A stretch of 64,000 nt of DNA from contig OZ024752.1 of assembly GCA_964016885.1 (NCBI GenBank), positions 32,674,001-32,738,000 of the forward strand. The letters are read 5' to 3'. The first letter of the stretch is position 1, and each line of letters begins with the position of its first letter. The notes beneath the pieces are model-generated. The model did no database searches. It had not been told where the DNA came from and worked only from the letters and a program-made list of their open reading frames with translations. Source of the DNA: Eledone cirrhosa (taxonomy: Eukaryota). This document shows positions 28,901-43,900 of the stretch, in pieces. Made by a program: the position numbers and the translations under genes.

Positions 28901-31900
28901 GCCCAGACCACCCTGTAAAGTGGTCGATTTGGTGACCTGACAAATTGCGCCCAGACCACCCTGTAAAGTGGTCGATTTGGTGACCTGACAAATAGCACCC
29001 AGACCACCCTGTAAAGTGGTCGATTTGGTAACCTGACAAATTGCGTCTAGACCACCCTGTAAAGTGGTTGTTTTGGTAACCTGACAAATAAAAAGCACCC
29101 AGACCACCCTGTAAAGTGGTTATTTTGGTGACCTGACAAATAAATAACACCCAGTCCACCCTGTAAAGTGGTTGTTTTGGTGTGACACAACAAAAACGCC
29201 CTGTCCACCCCGTAAATTGGTTGTGTTGGTGACATGACAAAAAGCACCCAGTCCACAATGTAGTAATTTTGGTGCTGTGATAAAAAGCATGCAGTCCATG
29301 ATTTAAATGTGGTTGGCATTAGGAAAGGCATCCGGCGATAGAAACCAATCCAGAATCAGTTTTGTATAAGCATGATTCGGTCACCTGATCTACTTTGTCT
29401 CACAATGTCAGGACAACTTGTTAGCATGGAAAAATGGACGTAAAAACAGTAATGATGATGATGATGATTGTTATTGTTGTATAGAGCCTGGTCAGCTCTG
29501 GTGTTAAATACATGCCAACCATGACCATCACTTTAAAGACTGTTTTTTTATATATCATTTTAATAAGAGGAGAAAAGTCAGGTCACAAGGCTAACCTCTG
29601 CCTTAAAATGTCTGTTGTTGTTGTGGTCCCTCGTGTGTAATTGGTTTAGTAAAAATTTAAATCTGGTTAAATTAAGAAATTTATGTACTCCTGACATTGA
29701 AAAAGAGTTCTATTTTACATTTTTTAAATTATATTTTTTATTTAAATCTGTTGCTTTTTTTTAATACACACATTTCCATCATCATCATCGTTTAACGTTT
29801 ATCTTCCACGCTAGTATGGGTTAGACGGGAATAGTCATACTTGAGGCAAGATTGATCGGGTGACTGTATCTTGCTTGTAGAGAACTGTATCTGGCAAGCT
29901 TTCTACGGCTGGATGCCCTTCCTAACACCAACCACGTTTACAGTGGACTGGGAGCCTTTTTACCGTGTTTCCTACACGGTTTTATTGATTTAAAAATCAA
30001 AAACAATATCATCATCATCATCATCATCACCGTTTTACGTCCGTTCTTCCACGCTAGCATGGGTTAGACGGGTTGTCCTGTTGTGGGCAGTGTCTGGTCG
30101 GCTGACCATGCCTTGCTCATACAGGAACTGATCTGGCTTGATTTCTACAGCTGGATGCCCTTCCTAACACCAACCTCATTTACAGTGAGTGCTGGGTGCT
30201 TTTTCGTGGCGCCTACACGTCCACTTTACAGTGTGGGCTGGGTGCTTTTTTGCCGTGGCACCTCCACGACCACCTTGCGGTGGGGGGGGGGGGGGGGGGC
30301 ATATTGTTTATATGCTTCAGCATGTACCCATGGGAGGTCGGGTACCCTGTATTACTGCGTGACGCCAGAAGTCACGGTCGTGTGTCATTGACTTTGAGAG
30401 GTGTAGTTGGGTAAGGTCGGCTTTTATCACCTCATCCCAAGTCATCTTGGGTCTCCCCACTCCGCGGTTTCCATCAACTTCTAGTGCTCTGCACCTTTTT
30501 ATGCAGCTGTCATCCTTCATACGCATCACATGTCCATACCAGCGTAACCGCCTCTCCTGCACGCAGCATTTGATTCCTCTTATGCTCAGTCTCTCTCTCA
30601 ATTCATTTATGCTTTGTCGTTCACGTATATTACTGTTACACATCCATCGGAGCATGCAGGCTTCGTTTCTCTATTACTGTTACACATCCATCGGAGCATG
30701 CAGGCTTCGTTTCTCATAATATCATAAACAAATCTATTTCAAATAACAACACTACAGATATTTAAGGAATTTGGTCAACCCTGATGTTGAAAAAGAATTC
30801 TATTTTATATTTTTAAATTATATTTTTGATTTAAATCTGGTTTTAATTAAGGAATTTGTTCAACCTTGATGTTGAAAAAGAGTTCTATTTTTTATTTTTT
30901 AAATTATATTTTTGATTTAACCCTTTAGCATTTACATTACTCTGTATTTACTATTATATTTTCATGGTAAAGGCTTTACCTCACATAATTATCTCGCATA
31001 ATATCGAATCTATGAGATTTGGGTATTATTTATTTTGAGAACAGTACCTTAACATCAATATGAGTGGCCAGTTACAGCCAGCTTGAACAGAAAGAGGTGA
31101 GAGAATTCTGGCCGGATATGGCCAGTTTAAATGCTAAAGGGTTAAATCTGGTTTTAATTAAGGAAAGTGAGTGTTTTACTATATTTTCCTGGCAATATTA
31201 TAACAACATGACCCTCCCCAAATATAACAAATTTTCTTCAACACACGATTTCATATCAAAAACCTTGCAAAACAAATACATTACTGCCACAATTTATTCA
31301 CCCCTGTCATTGAAAAAAGAATTCTATTTTACATTTTTGAAATTATATTTTTGATTTAAATCTGATTTTGATACTGAAAAATAGTTCTATTTTATATTTT
31401 TTATTTTACATTTAAAAAAAATTTTATTTTCAGTTTGATTCACTTTTTCAACAAAATGAAGAAATGGTTGAACATGGCAATTTTACCTCAAGACTTCAGA
31501 GATAAGATTGAACGTCTTGAGAGAAACTTTTCAGTATCTACTGTGACTTTCAAGAAATATCGGCCAATATTCTATGATGTGTTCAGCAATGCCTCAGTCC
31601 AGCCACGCCATTATCGCAGTAGGAAACAACGGTAAAGTCCTTTTTTCTTTACTTCATTATATTTACCTTTTATTATTTTATATATATATATGGTGGATTG
31701 GCAGGGTCGGTAGAGGGTCGGACGCCATGCTTTGCAGCAAAGAGTTACGGCCCTTTATGGTCTGAGTTCAAATCCCGCTGAGGTTAACTTTGCCTTTCAT
31801 CCTTACAGGGTCGATAAAATAAAGTACCAGTAATACACTGGATAATAGCTGGCCTTGTGCCAAAAGTAGAAACAATTATTTTATATATATAAAGATTGGT

Positions 31901-34900
31901 ATGGAGATTGTTTAAGATATTTCTAGAGTAGTTGTTGTTGTTGGGTTTTCAGCCCCAAGCTATCTTTTATTTAACAGACTTATTATGAAAGCCACTCTAG
32001 CCATTGCCACCCCCCCATCTTTTTGTATATTTATGACTATATATCTGTAACTATATATATATATATATCTATGACTATATCATCATCATCATCATTTAAT
32101 GTCTATCTTCCATGCTAACATGGGTTAGATGGGAATTGCCCCACTTGAGGCAAGATTGGTTGGGTGATCGTGTCTTGTTCGTATAGGACTATATATATAT
32201 AATAAATGGCAAGAGAACAACCAAATTATACTTAAAACAATTTTAATTCTACATATGTTTTAATGTATAACCATATATATGCTATATATATACATACGTG
32301 TATATATATTATCACTTGCTGTTAGTTATAGTGAAACAGGGGGAATAGAATTATTAATATGAGAGGTGGTTGAATATGGAATAATGAAGGACTACCTCAA
32401 GTGAAACCAACAGTGGGGTCAGTTATAAGGGTCAGTCTTTCACCATTTTGAACCATTTTTAATAAAACTGTTGAACCTACTAAATTTTCTTTGTCTTCTT
32501 TTCATTTCAGTAAATTTCCCTGCTCAGTAAAGGAATTATTTTCATTTTGCTGGACTATGTTTGTACAAGTCAAAGGTATGTTTTCAGTTTAGTTAATATC
32601 AATAATTAATAGGTTTAGATATTTTAAATATTTTTGCTTTGTTAACCAAGTTATTTTAGGTAAGAATTATTCTAGTATTCAGAAATGATGTGGCTGATCC
32701 CTTCAAGCCAGTCATTGAATATGGTTGAAAGACATAAACATAGCTACATAGGTTGAACTTGGTTGAGTTTATACAGTATTAGAATTTGACCTGAATGATT
32801 TAAAGGTTCATATTCCATCACAGATGTTGTGTTATATCTGTAGTGAATACATGAGTACATGAAAGACAACTTTAATGTGAGAGAAGGCTAAGAGGCAGTC
32901 TGTTAAGTAAACATGCTAAGAAGACTCTACAAAATTACAATCTCTTTTATTTTCACTATGTAAGTTGAAAAGTATAAAAGCTGCTGTTACACACGTACAC
33001 ACACACACACACACACACACATGAATCAGATATTGATTACAACAATAACAAGAATGTAATGTGGTATGTACATTAAAATGTTTGTGAGTGTTAATGAATG
33101 CTAGATAGGCAACGAATTGGCAGACTCGTTAGAAGGTTAGATAGAATGATTTGCGGTTGATTCTTATATAACAGTGTAAAGTGGTAGGCTAGTGATTATC
33201 CTGATTTCCATGGTGTTAAGCAAGTGAGAGTAGAAGACTCCCCCTGGACAGGATGCTACTCCATTGCAGGGTTAAACCCTCCAGCTATTGCTGGTACTCA
33301 TTTTCAGCTGAGTATACTGGAGCAATGTGAAATGAAGTGCTTTGCTCAAGAACACAACACATAACTCAAGATCAGGAATGAAACCCACAACATTACGATG
33401 ATAAGTAATGGAAAAGAAGGAAGACAGGAAAGTTATTAACAAATCTTTTGAGGTTTGGGAGAAAAAAAAGACAAAGTTATGAGATTTCTAATCTTTTGAA
33501 TTTAGTGTTAGCAAATACAGCCCCCCCCCCCCCCCCCATGTATATGCACTTTTATTAGAATGATGTTGATGTATGTATACATTTTTTTTTGGGGGGGGAT
33601 ACTGTATTATGATATGACAATGATTGTTATTTGACACAAGACCACAAATTTGTTGAATCAACCCTCAGTGTATTACTGCTACTTATCTTATCATCTTCAG
33701 AGAGAGATGAAAGACAAATATCAACTCTAGTTGCAAGGGGTCATAATATAACGGGATCTGCTTTTTGTTTTCTCTTCACATATTTTGTTCCTTCTTGGAA
33801 ATATTTTATCTTCTACTTTGCTAAAAGCAATTTTGATGTAATCTTTTGTCTCTGATTGCTAATAAATATTCTTTCTTCTGTTCAGGCCATTTCCCAGCAA
33901 TCAGTGATGACTTGGTGAACTCTTATCATCTTTTACTCTGTTGTATCGATTGGTGTTATGCAAATGCCTTGATTGCTGGACGTAAAGATATTCTCAACCA
34001 CAGCTTTGCAGGTGAGTGACATGCTTTTATTTATTTAACTAATGTAGACTTAATAATGGATTGGTAGAATCATGAGAACACTGGATAAGTTACCGTGAAG
34101 TATTTAGATACTAGTCAAGACATGTGGCCTAGTGGTAAGGGTGTAGGACTTATGATCATAATGTGAAGGCGCATGGCTTAGTAGTTTGAGCATTGGGCTG
34201 GCAATTGGGGGGTTGTGAGTTTGATTCTCGGACCGGATGATGTGTTATGTTCTTGAGCAAGACACTTTATTTTATGTTGCTCCAGCTGTAGAAATGAGTT
34301 GCGATATCACTGGTGCTAAGCTGTATCAGCCATTGCCTTTCCCTTGGACAACATCAGTGGCTTGGAGAAGGGAAGCTGGTATGTATGGGTGACTGCTGGT
34401 CTTCCACAAACAACCTTAATCGGACTTGAGCCTCGGAGGGAAACTTTCTAGGTGCAAATCCCATGTTCATTTGTGACCGAAGGGGGTCTTTACCTTTCGG
34501 TCCAATTCCTGGACTGGGTTGTGTGCTTGGGCTGAGGAGGCAGGTGGCCTAGTGGTAAGGGTGTTTGACTTACGATCATAATGTCGTGGGTTTGGTTCCT
34601 GATCTGAATTGTGTATTGTATTCTTGAGCAAAACACTTCATTTCACATTGCTCCAGTATACTCATCTGAAAATGAGTACCAGCAAAAGCTGGGGGTTTTA
34701 CCCTGCGATGGACTAGCATCCTATCCAGGAGGAGTCTTGTACTCTCAGTTGCTTAACACCATAAAAATCAGGATAAGCATCGGTCTGATGAGTCTCCGGG
34801 TTTGAGACTTTTATTTAGATTCAATTTTTTTTATATTCTGAGTTCTAATTCTGCTGGGATTAAGTTTACCTTTTGGGATTCAATGAAGAACCAGTCAAAT

Positions 34901-37900
34901 ATTGAGGGTTGGGTCAATTTAATTGCTTATCTATACCCTCTAAATTTGTGGCTTTGCTGTGCCAATGTTAAAAATGTAGAATGTTTAGTTCCTCAAGAAA
35001 AATTAAAGGGGAATTATCTCACATACATACAATCACTTGCTATACTAAGTTCATTTTATTGTGGCACCAGCACATAAACACATTGTATATATACTTTCAT
35101 ATTCATCTCTATGATATATATATATATACACACACTGTAAATGTGGTTGGCATTAGGAAGGGCATCCAGCCGTAGAGACCAAACCAAAATCAGTTGTGTG
35201 TGAGCGAATCATGGAGACAGCCCCTCCTACCCATGCTAGCATAGAAGATATATATATTTCTGTTCTGTTTTTTTCAATACTTTAGGACTTCCTGAAAACT
35301 TCCATAACAAAGATTGGAAGGCGCCGTCTGAAGCTCCGTGTATTATAAAACTTCTCTGTGAGAAACACAACGGTCTTGTTGTCGATGCTAAAACAATCAA
35401 AGAACACCATTGGAAACCTTATTTGAAGGAACTTTTCAGGAGACCCCATTCTAATCAACTATTCAAGGGGCCTGTAAGCTGCTTTCCTTTTTTTTTTTTT
35501 TTTTTTTTTTTTTTTGTTTGTTTAACAAATATTCTGCACACCACATATTTATATACATACATGGTTAGAGCATTGGCCTTGCAATCGAAAGGTTGTGAGT
35601 TCAATTCTCAGACCGGGTGATGTGTTGTTTCCTTGAGCAAGACACTTTATTTCACATTGCTTCAGTTTACTCAGCTGTAGAAATGAGATGATAGGGACTG
35701 GAGTCCATATCATTCCACTGTAAAGTGGTCGTGTAGGTGCCACGGCAAAAAAGCACCCAGCACTCACTGTAAATGAGGTTGGTGTTAGGAAGGGCATCCA
35801 GCTGTAGATATCAAGCCAGCATCAGTTCCCGTCCCACCCTTGCAAGCAGGGAAAAAGTGGATGTAAAGTGAAATGAAAATGATGAAATGATACATATGAA
35901 TATATGTGCTTACATGTTCATACAAACATATTTTAGTACATACACTCAAACATGCACATGATTGCACATTTGCACACACACAAATATGTACAGATGGTTA
36001 CACACACACACATACATACTCATTCTCAGGTACACACATGTGATACACTTTCTAATAGTTTAACATTTTCTAATATTGATAGAAAGTAACAGTAACATAC
36101 TTCAGTTGAAGTTATATTACTGGTATAGCAATATTGTGACATTCTCTTTTCTTTCTATTTACATTTTTCCAGATCTTAAGGGGCAACGAATCTAACTTAG
36201 CTGGTGTGTTGGATACTGGTAACTTCGCAGCTAATTTGTAAGTTTTGTTTTTCTGCTTTCTTCATCATCATCGTCATCATTGTTTTAATGTCCCCTTTCG
36301 CTCCTACAAAGGTTGGCTGGGTCTCCATACACCAAGTCTGTACTGAAGCAGGGCCTCATCATTGTTTTAATGTCCACTTTCCCTCCTACAAAGGTTGGAT
36401 GGGTCTCCATACACCAAGTCTGTACTGAAGCAGGGCCTCATCATTGTTTTAATGTCCACTTTCCCTCCTACAAAGGTTGGCTGGGTCTCCATACACCAAG
36501 TCTGTACTGAAGCAGGGCCTCATCATTGTTTTAATGTCCCCTTTCCCTCCTACAAAGGTTGGATGGGTCTCCATACTCCAAGTCTGTACTGAAGCAGGAC
36601 CTCATCATTGTTTTAATGTCCACTTTCCCTCCTACAAAGGTTGGATGGGTCTCCATACACCAAGTCTGTACTGAAGCAGGGCCTCATCATTGTTTTAATG
36701 TCCACTTTCCCTCCTACAAAGGTTGGCTGGGTCTCCATACACCAAGTCTGTACTGAAGCAGGGCCTCATCATTGTTTTAATGTCCCCTTTCCCTCCTACA
36801 AAGGTTGGATGGGTCTCCATACTCCAAGTCTGTACTGAAGCAGGACCTCATCATTGTTTTAATGTCCACTTTCCCTCCTACAAAGGTTGGATGGGTCTCC
36901 ACAGTACTGAAGCAGGGCCACTGATTTCCTAGACAGGCCAGAGATCTGCATCTCGTGAATCTACGGTCTTGCATTTTACTGAGTGCACAGGAGATGTCAT
37001 GTCTTTGACACAACTAAAGGGTCCTTCCAACCCTTTGTTTGGCAAGCGTACTACGGTTGAATACCCTTCCTATGTAATCTAATTCCATTAGTTATTTGGT
37101 AAATATTGTTTGTTGTGATATTCCCCCTCCATACACATGCACACATGTTTGTGTGTATATAATGACTCATACACTGTTCACTTTCCTGACATTTGTACAT
37201 TATGCTATGTACTCTACATGCACCTTTGATGTATTGTAGTGCACCTGAGCACTGTACACAATAATTTTCATTATATATATATATATAGGGCGGTGGATTG
37301 GCAGTATCGGTAGAGGGTCGGACGCCATGCTTTGACGCATAGAGTTACGGCCCTTGCTATTCTGAGTTCAAATCCCGGTGAGGTTAACTTTGCCTTTCAT
37401 CCTTACGGGGTCGATAAAATAAAGTACCAGTAATGTACTGGGTAATTGCTGGCTTTGTGCCAAAAGTAGAAACAATTATATATATATAAAATTTAATATA
37501 AAAATGGCTTCTACATGACTAAAACTGTTACTAGAACTATATTAAATTTTGTATATACTCTACTAATGTATTGAGTACTTTACTTACTGTGTTTACCCCC
37601 AATTGACCCCGGGACTCACACACACACATATATATCATAATCATCATCATCATCATATATACAGAAGACCCGACTTCCCACGGGTACAAGCTGAAGTATA
37701 TAAACAATATCCCCCCACCCCCTCCCACTGGAAAGTGGTCGTGGAGGTGTCATGACAAAAAAAGCACCCAGCCCACACTGTAAAGTGGTCGTGTAGCACC
37801 ACGGAATAAAAACTCCCAGTACTCACTGTAAATGAAGTTGGTGTTAGGAAGGGCATCCAGCTGTAGAAATCAAGCCAAAATCAGTTCCCGTATGAGCAAG

Positions 37901-40900
37901 ACAAGGTCACTTGACCCGGCACTGCTCACAACAGGACAACCTGTCTAACCCATGCTAGTGTGGAAGAATGGAAGTAAAACGGTGATGATGATGATGATAT
38001 ATTATTTGATTAGTTGAAAATGTATTAGTAACTAGCAGCAGTACCCAGCGTTGCCTGGGTAGGTAAAATAATATCTGCTTTGATGAAAAGGTGTTGACCT
38101 TAGCGACTGCGAGTTTCTTGAAAATCGGTCGTAAGGTGTAGCAAATGGCGAAATGTTGAGTGAAATCGTATGAAATATGTGGGAGGTGGAAAAAATCGTA
38201 TTTTGAAGACTTAAACTGCTGCCACGCCGTCCCTGAACAAAAAATGCAAAGTGTAAAGCTACTATAAGATGTGCAATGATAGGTTCTATCGTAGTATAAA
38301 ATTTGAAGCAAATAAATTGATTTATTTTGTGAGGTGGAGCCGAAGTTTTGAATTTGAACGAAATCGGTTGAAAAATGTGGGAGCTAGAGCTGAAAAGGCA
38401 GAAATTTGAGCGAAAAGGTGGTATTTTCGAATATTTAAGCGGCTGCCACGCCGTTCCTGAACAAAATATCCAAAATGTAAAGCCACTTTAAGACGTGAAA
38501 TAATCAGATCGAGCGTAGTGTAAAATTTGGACAAAGTAGGTTGATTAATGTGGGAGCTAGAGCCGAAAAAGTGGAAATTTGAGTCTAAAGTGGTATTTTT
38601 GAATATTTAAGCGGCTGCCACGCCGTCCCCAACAAAAACAAAATATAAAGCCATTACAGGATGTGCAATGATAAATTCTATTTTGCTTTAAAATTTGAAC
38701 AAAATTGGTGGCAAAATGTGGGAGCTAGAGCCCAAAATCTTGTTTTTCAATACCTAAAAAAAGGTGACCCCCCCCTATCGATTTTTATCTGCAGAATGAC
38801 CTCGGAATAAAAAAAACAGTACGCTGATTTATAGAAAACACTCCCCGATGACTAATCTATGAGCCTGTAACGTTTCATGAAAATCGGTCGTAAGATGTAG
38901 GCCCCTATAGGTAATACACAGACACACACACACACTTAATTTTATATATATACAGATATTGGGGAAAAATGATTCTTGTTATTTCTTGTCAGTGTGTTTA
39001 CTTTTGGTGGATAATTTGAATGAAATGTTTGCTTTCATTACAGCAAAGCGATCAATCGTGCTTATGGGGAATATGTATTAAGAGTGGGAGATTTTGATGA
39101 AACCATATTCTTGGAAAAGGATGCTGCAGAAGAGATTGGAACTCCGGGTAGAAGTCAGTCAGATTTTTCTGACGGAATTCCAATGGATAGAAGTATTCAC
39201 CAACATTTGGATGAAGTGAGTGTTTAAAATATTTTTTTTTGTTTATTTATTATGGGGTTTTAAGCTGAAAATGAGTACCAGCAATAGCTGGGGGTTTAAC
39301 CCTGTGATGGACTGGTGTCCTGTCCGGGGTGGGGTGGGTGCATGTATTCTCAATTGCTTAATGCCATGGAAACCGGGATAAGCATCAGCCTAATGAGTCT
39401 CTGGGCTCAAGACAGACTTTAACCCTACAATGGACTGGAGTCCTGTCCAGGAGGTGGGGGAGTCTTATACTCTCAGCCGCTTCACACCACGAAAACCAGG
39501 TTAAACACCAGCCTAAAGTAAGTAGGATGTGGTTTGGTAGAACAATGGTGGTGGTGGTGGTATTATACTAAAGTAAGGTAGGATGTGGTTTGGTAGAACA
39601 ATGATGGTGGTGGTGGTATACTAAAGTAAGGTAGGATGTGGTTTGGTAGAACGATGGAGGTGATGGTGGTATTATACTAAAGTAAGGTAGGATGTGGTTT
39701 GGTAGAACAATGATGGTGGTGGTGGTATACTAAAGTAAGATAGGATGTGGTTTGGTAGAACGATGGTGGTGATATACTAAAGTAAGGTAGGATGTGGTTT
39801 GGTAGAACAATGATGGTGGTGGTGGTATACTAAAGTAAGGTAGGATGTGGTTTGGTAGAACGATGGTGGTGATATACTAAAGTAAGGTAGGATGTGGTTT
39901 GGTAGAACGATGGTGATGGTGGTGGTATTATACTAAAGTAAGGTAGGATGTGGTTTCGTAGAACGATGGTGGTGGTATTATACTAAGTAAGGTAGGATGT
40001 GGTTTGGTAGAACGATGGTGGTGGTATTATACTAAAGTAAGGTAGGATGTGGTTTGGTAGAATGGTTGTGGTGGTATTATACTAAAGTAAGGTAGAATTT
40101 GGTTTCGTAGAACAATGGTGGTGGTGGTGGTATTATACTAAAGTAAGGTTAAATGAGATTTGGTGGAAGGATGGTGGGAGTGGTATTATACTAAAGTAAT
40201 GACAGCACACTCTGCAGGTGAGAAATAGCAATAAGTTTGAGAAATTTAGCATGCAGGTAGGTGTATCTCAGGGCTCGATTCTCAGTACCCTCCTTTTAAT
40301 TATAATTTTCCAGGCCATAACAGAAGAGGTTAAGACCAACAGGCTATAGGAGTTACTGTATACTGATGACCAAGTTCTTGTTCTCAATCCTGAATCTGTT
40401 GAAGAATTTTAGAAAGTTTTAATAGGAAAGAAAATGGGAGTCTGTATTGCCATCTGGGAAGTGGCCATATTTAACACCGGAGTATTAAAGGAGTAGGTAG
40501 GAATTTCATATAATGTACCAAATATAAATTATAGATGCACAAGAGCTGCAGTGGGACCTCCGAGAAGAATGGTATATAGATGTGCAAGGGTAGTTAGCAG
40601 TAACAGCCCCATGATTTGAATTTTTTTCAAATTCTCAAAAACAAAAAACCCTTGAAGTAGTTGATAGCTTCTGTTACCTATGTCACCTAATCATCAGTAA
40701 AGGTAGGTGTTCTGGAAACCAGAGTAAGAAGAAAAAGGTAGAAAAAGCTCAGGGTGCTATTGTTTCTGTTAGCGACAAAGGGATTTTTCTCTGTTCAAGT
40801 GATGAGCAGATTATGTAAATGTTTGTGTCATCATCTCATTTTACGTCCGCTTTTCCCTGCTTCCAAGGGTGGGACGGGAACTGATTCTGGCTTGATTTCT

Positions 40901-43900
40901 ACAGCTGGATGCCCTTCCTAACACCAACCTCATTTACAGTGAGTGGTGGGTGCTTTTTTGCCGTGGCACCTCCACGACCACTTTACAGTGGAATGATAGG
41001 GACCCCAGTCCCTATCATCTCATTTCTACAGCTGAGTAAACTGGAGCAATGTGAAATAAAGTGTCTTGCTCAAGGAAACAACACATCACCCGGTCTGAGA
41101 ATTGAACTCACAACCTTTCGATTGCATGAAGTGTAATATTTTATGGAGTGAAACCTGGGTATTGAATGTAGAGTATGTGATGTAGTGTATGTGATGTAGA
41201 GTATGTGATGTAGTGTATGTGATGTAGTGTATGTGATGTAGAGTATGTGATGTAGAGTATGTGATGTAGTGTATGTGATGTAGTGTATGTGATGTAGAGT
41301 ATGTGATGTAGTGTATGTGATGTAGAGTATGTGATGTAGAGTATGTGATGTAGAGTATGTGATGTAGAGTATGTGATGTAGAGTATGTGATGTAGAGTAT
41401 GTGATGTAGAGTATGTGGTGTAGTGTATGTGGTGTAGTGTATGTGATGTAGTGTATGCGATGTAGAGTATGCGATGTAGAGTATGCGATGTAGAGTATGC
41501 GATGTAGAGTATGCGATGTAGTGTATGTGATGTAGTGTATGTGATGTAGTGTATGTGATGTAGTGTATGTGATGTAGTGTATGTGATGTAGAGTATGTGG
41601 TGTAGTGTATGTAGTGTAGTGTATGTGGTGTAGTGTATGTGGTGTAGTGTATGTGATGTAGTGTATGTGATGTAGTGTATGTGATGTAGTGTATGTGATG
41701 TAGTGTATGTGATGTAGTGTATGTGATGTAGTGTATGTGATGTAGTGTATGTGATGTAGAGTATGTGATGTAGTGTATGTGATGTAGTGTATGTGATGTA
41801 GTGTATGTGATGTAGAGTATGTGATGTAGTGTATGTGATGTAGTGTATGTGATGTAGTGTATGTGATGTAGTGTATGTGATGTAGTGTATGTGATGTAGT
41901 GTATGTCATGTAGTGTGTGTGATGTAGAGTGTGTGATGTAGTGTGTGTGATGTAGTGTGTGTGATGTAGTGTGTGTGATGTAGTGTGTGTGATGTAGTGT
42001 ATGTGATGTGTATGTGATGTAGAGTATGCGATGTGTATGCGGTGTAGTGTATGCGATGTAGTGTATGTGATGTAGTGTATGTGATGTAGAGTATGTGGTG
42101 TAGAGTATGTGGTGTAGAGTATGTGGTGTAGAGTATGTGGTGTAGAGTATGTGGTGTAGAGTATGTGGTGTAGTGTATGTGATGTAGTGTATGTGATGTA
42201 GAGTATGTGATGTAGAGTATGTGATGTAGAGTATGTGATGTAGAGTATGTGATGTAGTGTATGTGCTGTAGTGTATGTGATGTAGAGTATGTGATGTAGA
42301 GTATGTGATGTAGAGTATGTGATGTAGAGTATGTGATGTAGTGTATGTGATGTAGTGTATGTGATGTAGTGTATGTGATGTAGTGTATGTGATGTAGTGT
42401 ATGTGATGTAGAGTATGCGATGTAGTGTATGTGATGTAGAGTATGCGATGTAGTGTATGTGATGTAGTGTATGTGATGTAGTGTATGTGATGTAGAGTAT
42501 GTGATGTAGTGTATGTGATGTAGTGTATGTGATGTAGTGTATGTGATGTAGAGTATGTGATGTAGTGTATGTGATGTAGAGTATGTGATGTAGTGTATGT
42601 GATGTAGAGTATGTGATGTAGTGTATGTGATGTAGTGTATGTGATGTAGTGTATGTGATGTAGTGTATGTGATGTAGAGTATGTGCAAAAGCTGAACAGA
42701 AATAAGGTAATAATTGTTTCAACTATTGACACAAGGCCAGCAATTATCCCAGTGTATTACTGGTACTTTATTTTATCGACCCCGTAAGAATGAAAGGCAA
42801 AGTTAACCTCGGCGGGATTTGAACTCAGACCATAAAGGGCCGTAACTCTTTGCTGCAAAGCATGGCATCCGACCTTCTACCGATACTGCCAATCCACCTT
42901 TATGATCTGAGTTCAAATCCCGCCGAGGTTAACTTTGTCTTTCATCCTTACGGGGTCGATGAAATAAAGTACCAGTGATACACTGGGATAATTGCTGGCC
43001 TTGTGTCAATAGAAGAAACAATTATTACCTTATTTCTGTTCAGCTTTTACACATCCTCTACATCACATACTCTACATCACATACTCTACATTCAGTGCCC
43101 AGGTTTCACTCCATAAAATATTACACTTCAATAACATACCACTGTGTGTAGCGTACATGAATAGGGGAACACAAATGAACTGAGAGAACAAGCTGGGTAT
43201 AAGAACAATTAGCTGGTTTCATCTAGTTCACTATTTACAATTAGTATTTGTTAGTAGTAAGATAGGGGTGGGGGCCAGGGATCTGCTAGTCTCATCTAGT
43301 TCACTATTTACAATTAGTATTTGTTAGTAGTAAGATAGGCAAGGGGCTGGGGGCTAGGGATCTGCTAGTCTCATCTAGTTCACTATTTACAATTAGTATT
43401 TGTTAGTAGTAAGATAGGCAAGGGGCTGGGGGCTAGGGATCTGCTAGTCTCATCTAGTTCACTATTTACAATTAGTATTTGTTAGTAGTAAGATAGGCAA
43501 GGGGCTGGGGGCTAGGGATCTGCTAGTCTCATCTAGTTCACTATTTACAATTAGTATTTGTTAGTAGTAAGATAGGGGTGGGGGCCAGGGATCTGCTAGT
43601 CTCATCTAGTTCACTATTTACAATTAGTATTTGTTAGTAGTAAGATAGGCAAGGGGCTGGGGGCTAGGGATCTGCTAGTCTCATCTAGTTCACTATTTAC
43701 AATTAGTATTTGTTAGTAGTAAGATAGGGGTGGGGGCCAGGGATCTGCTAGTCTCATCTAGTTCACTATTTACAATTAGTATTTGTTAGTAGTAAGATAG
43801 GCAAGGGGCTGGGGGCTAGGGATCTGCTAGTCTCATCTAGTTCACTATTTACAATTAGTATTTGTTAGTAGTAAGATAGGCAAGGGGCTGGGGGCTAGGG

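Noticed and set aside
34784-34812. CTGATGA followed by a GTCTC/GAGAC hairpin
   Set aside because: No GAAA after the hairpin; part of a SINE 3' region (related sequence at about 39390 and 59960).
39065-39075. Gly (GGG) at a usually acidic position (AYGEY) as a genomically fixed A-to-I edit
   Set aside because: A single A-to-G difference cannot be distinguished from ordinary substitution without orthologue and editing data.
41070-42732. 550-aa and 548-aa minus-strand ORFs
   Set aside because: Translations of the 14-bp repeat.
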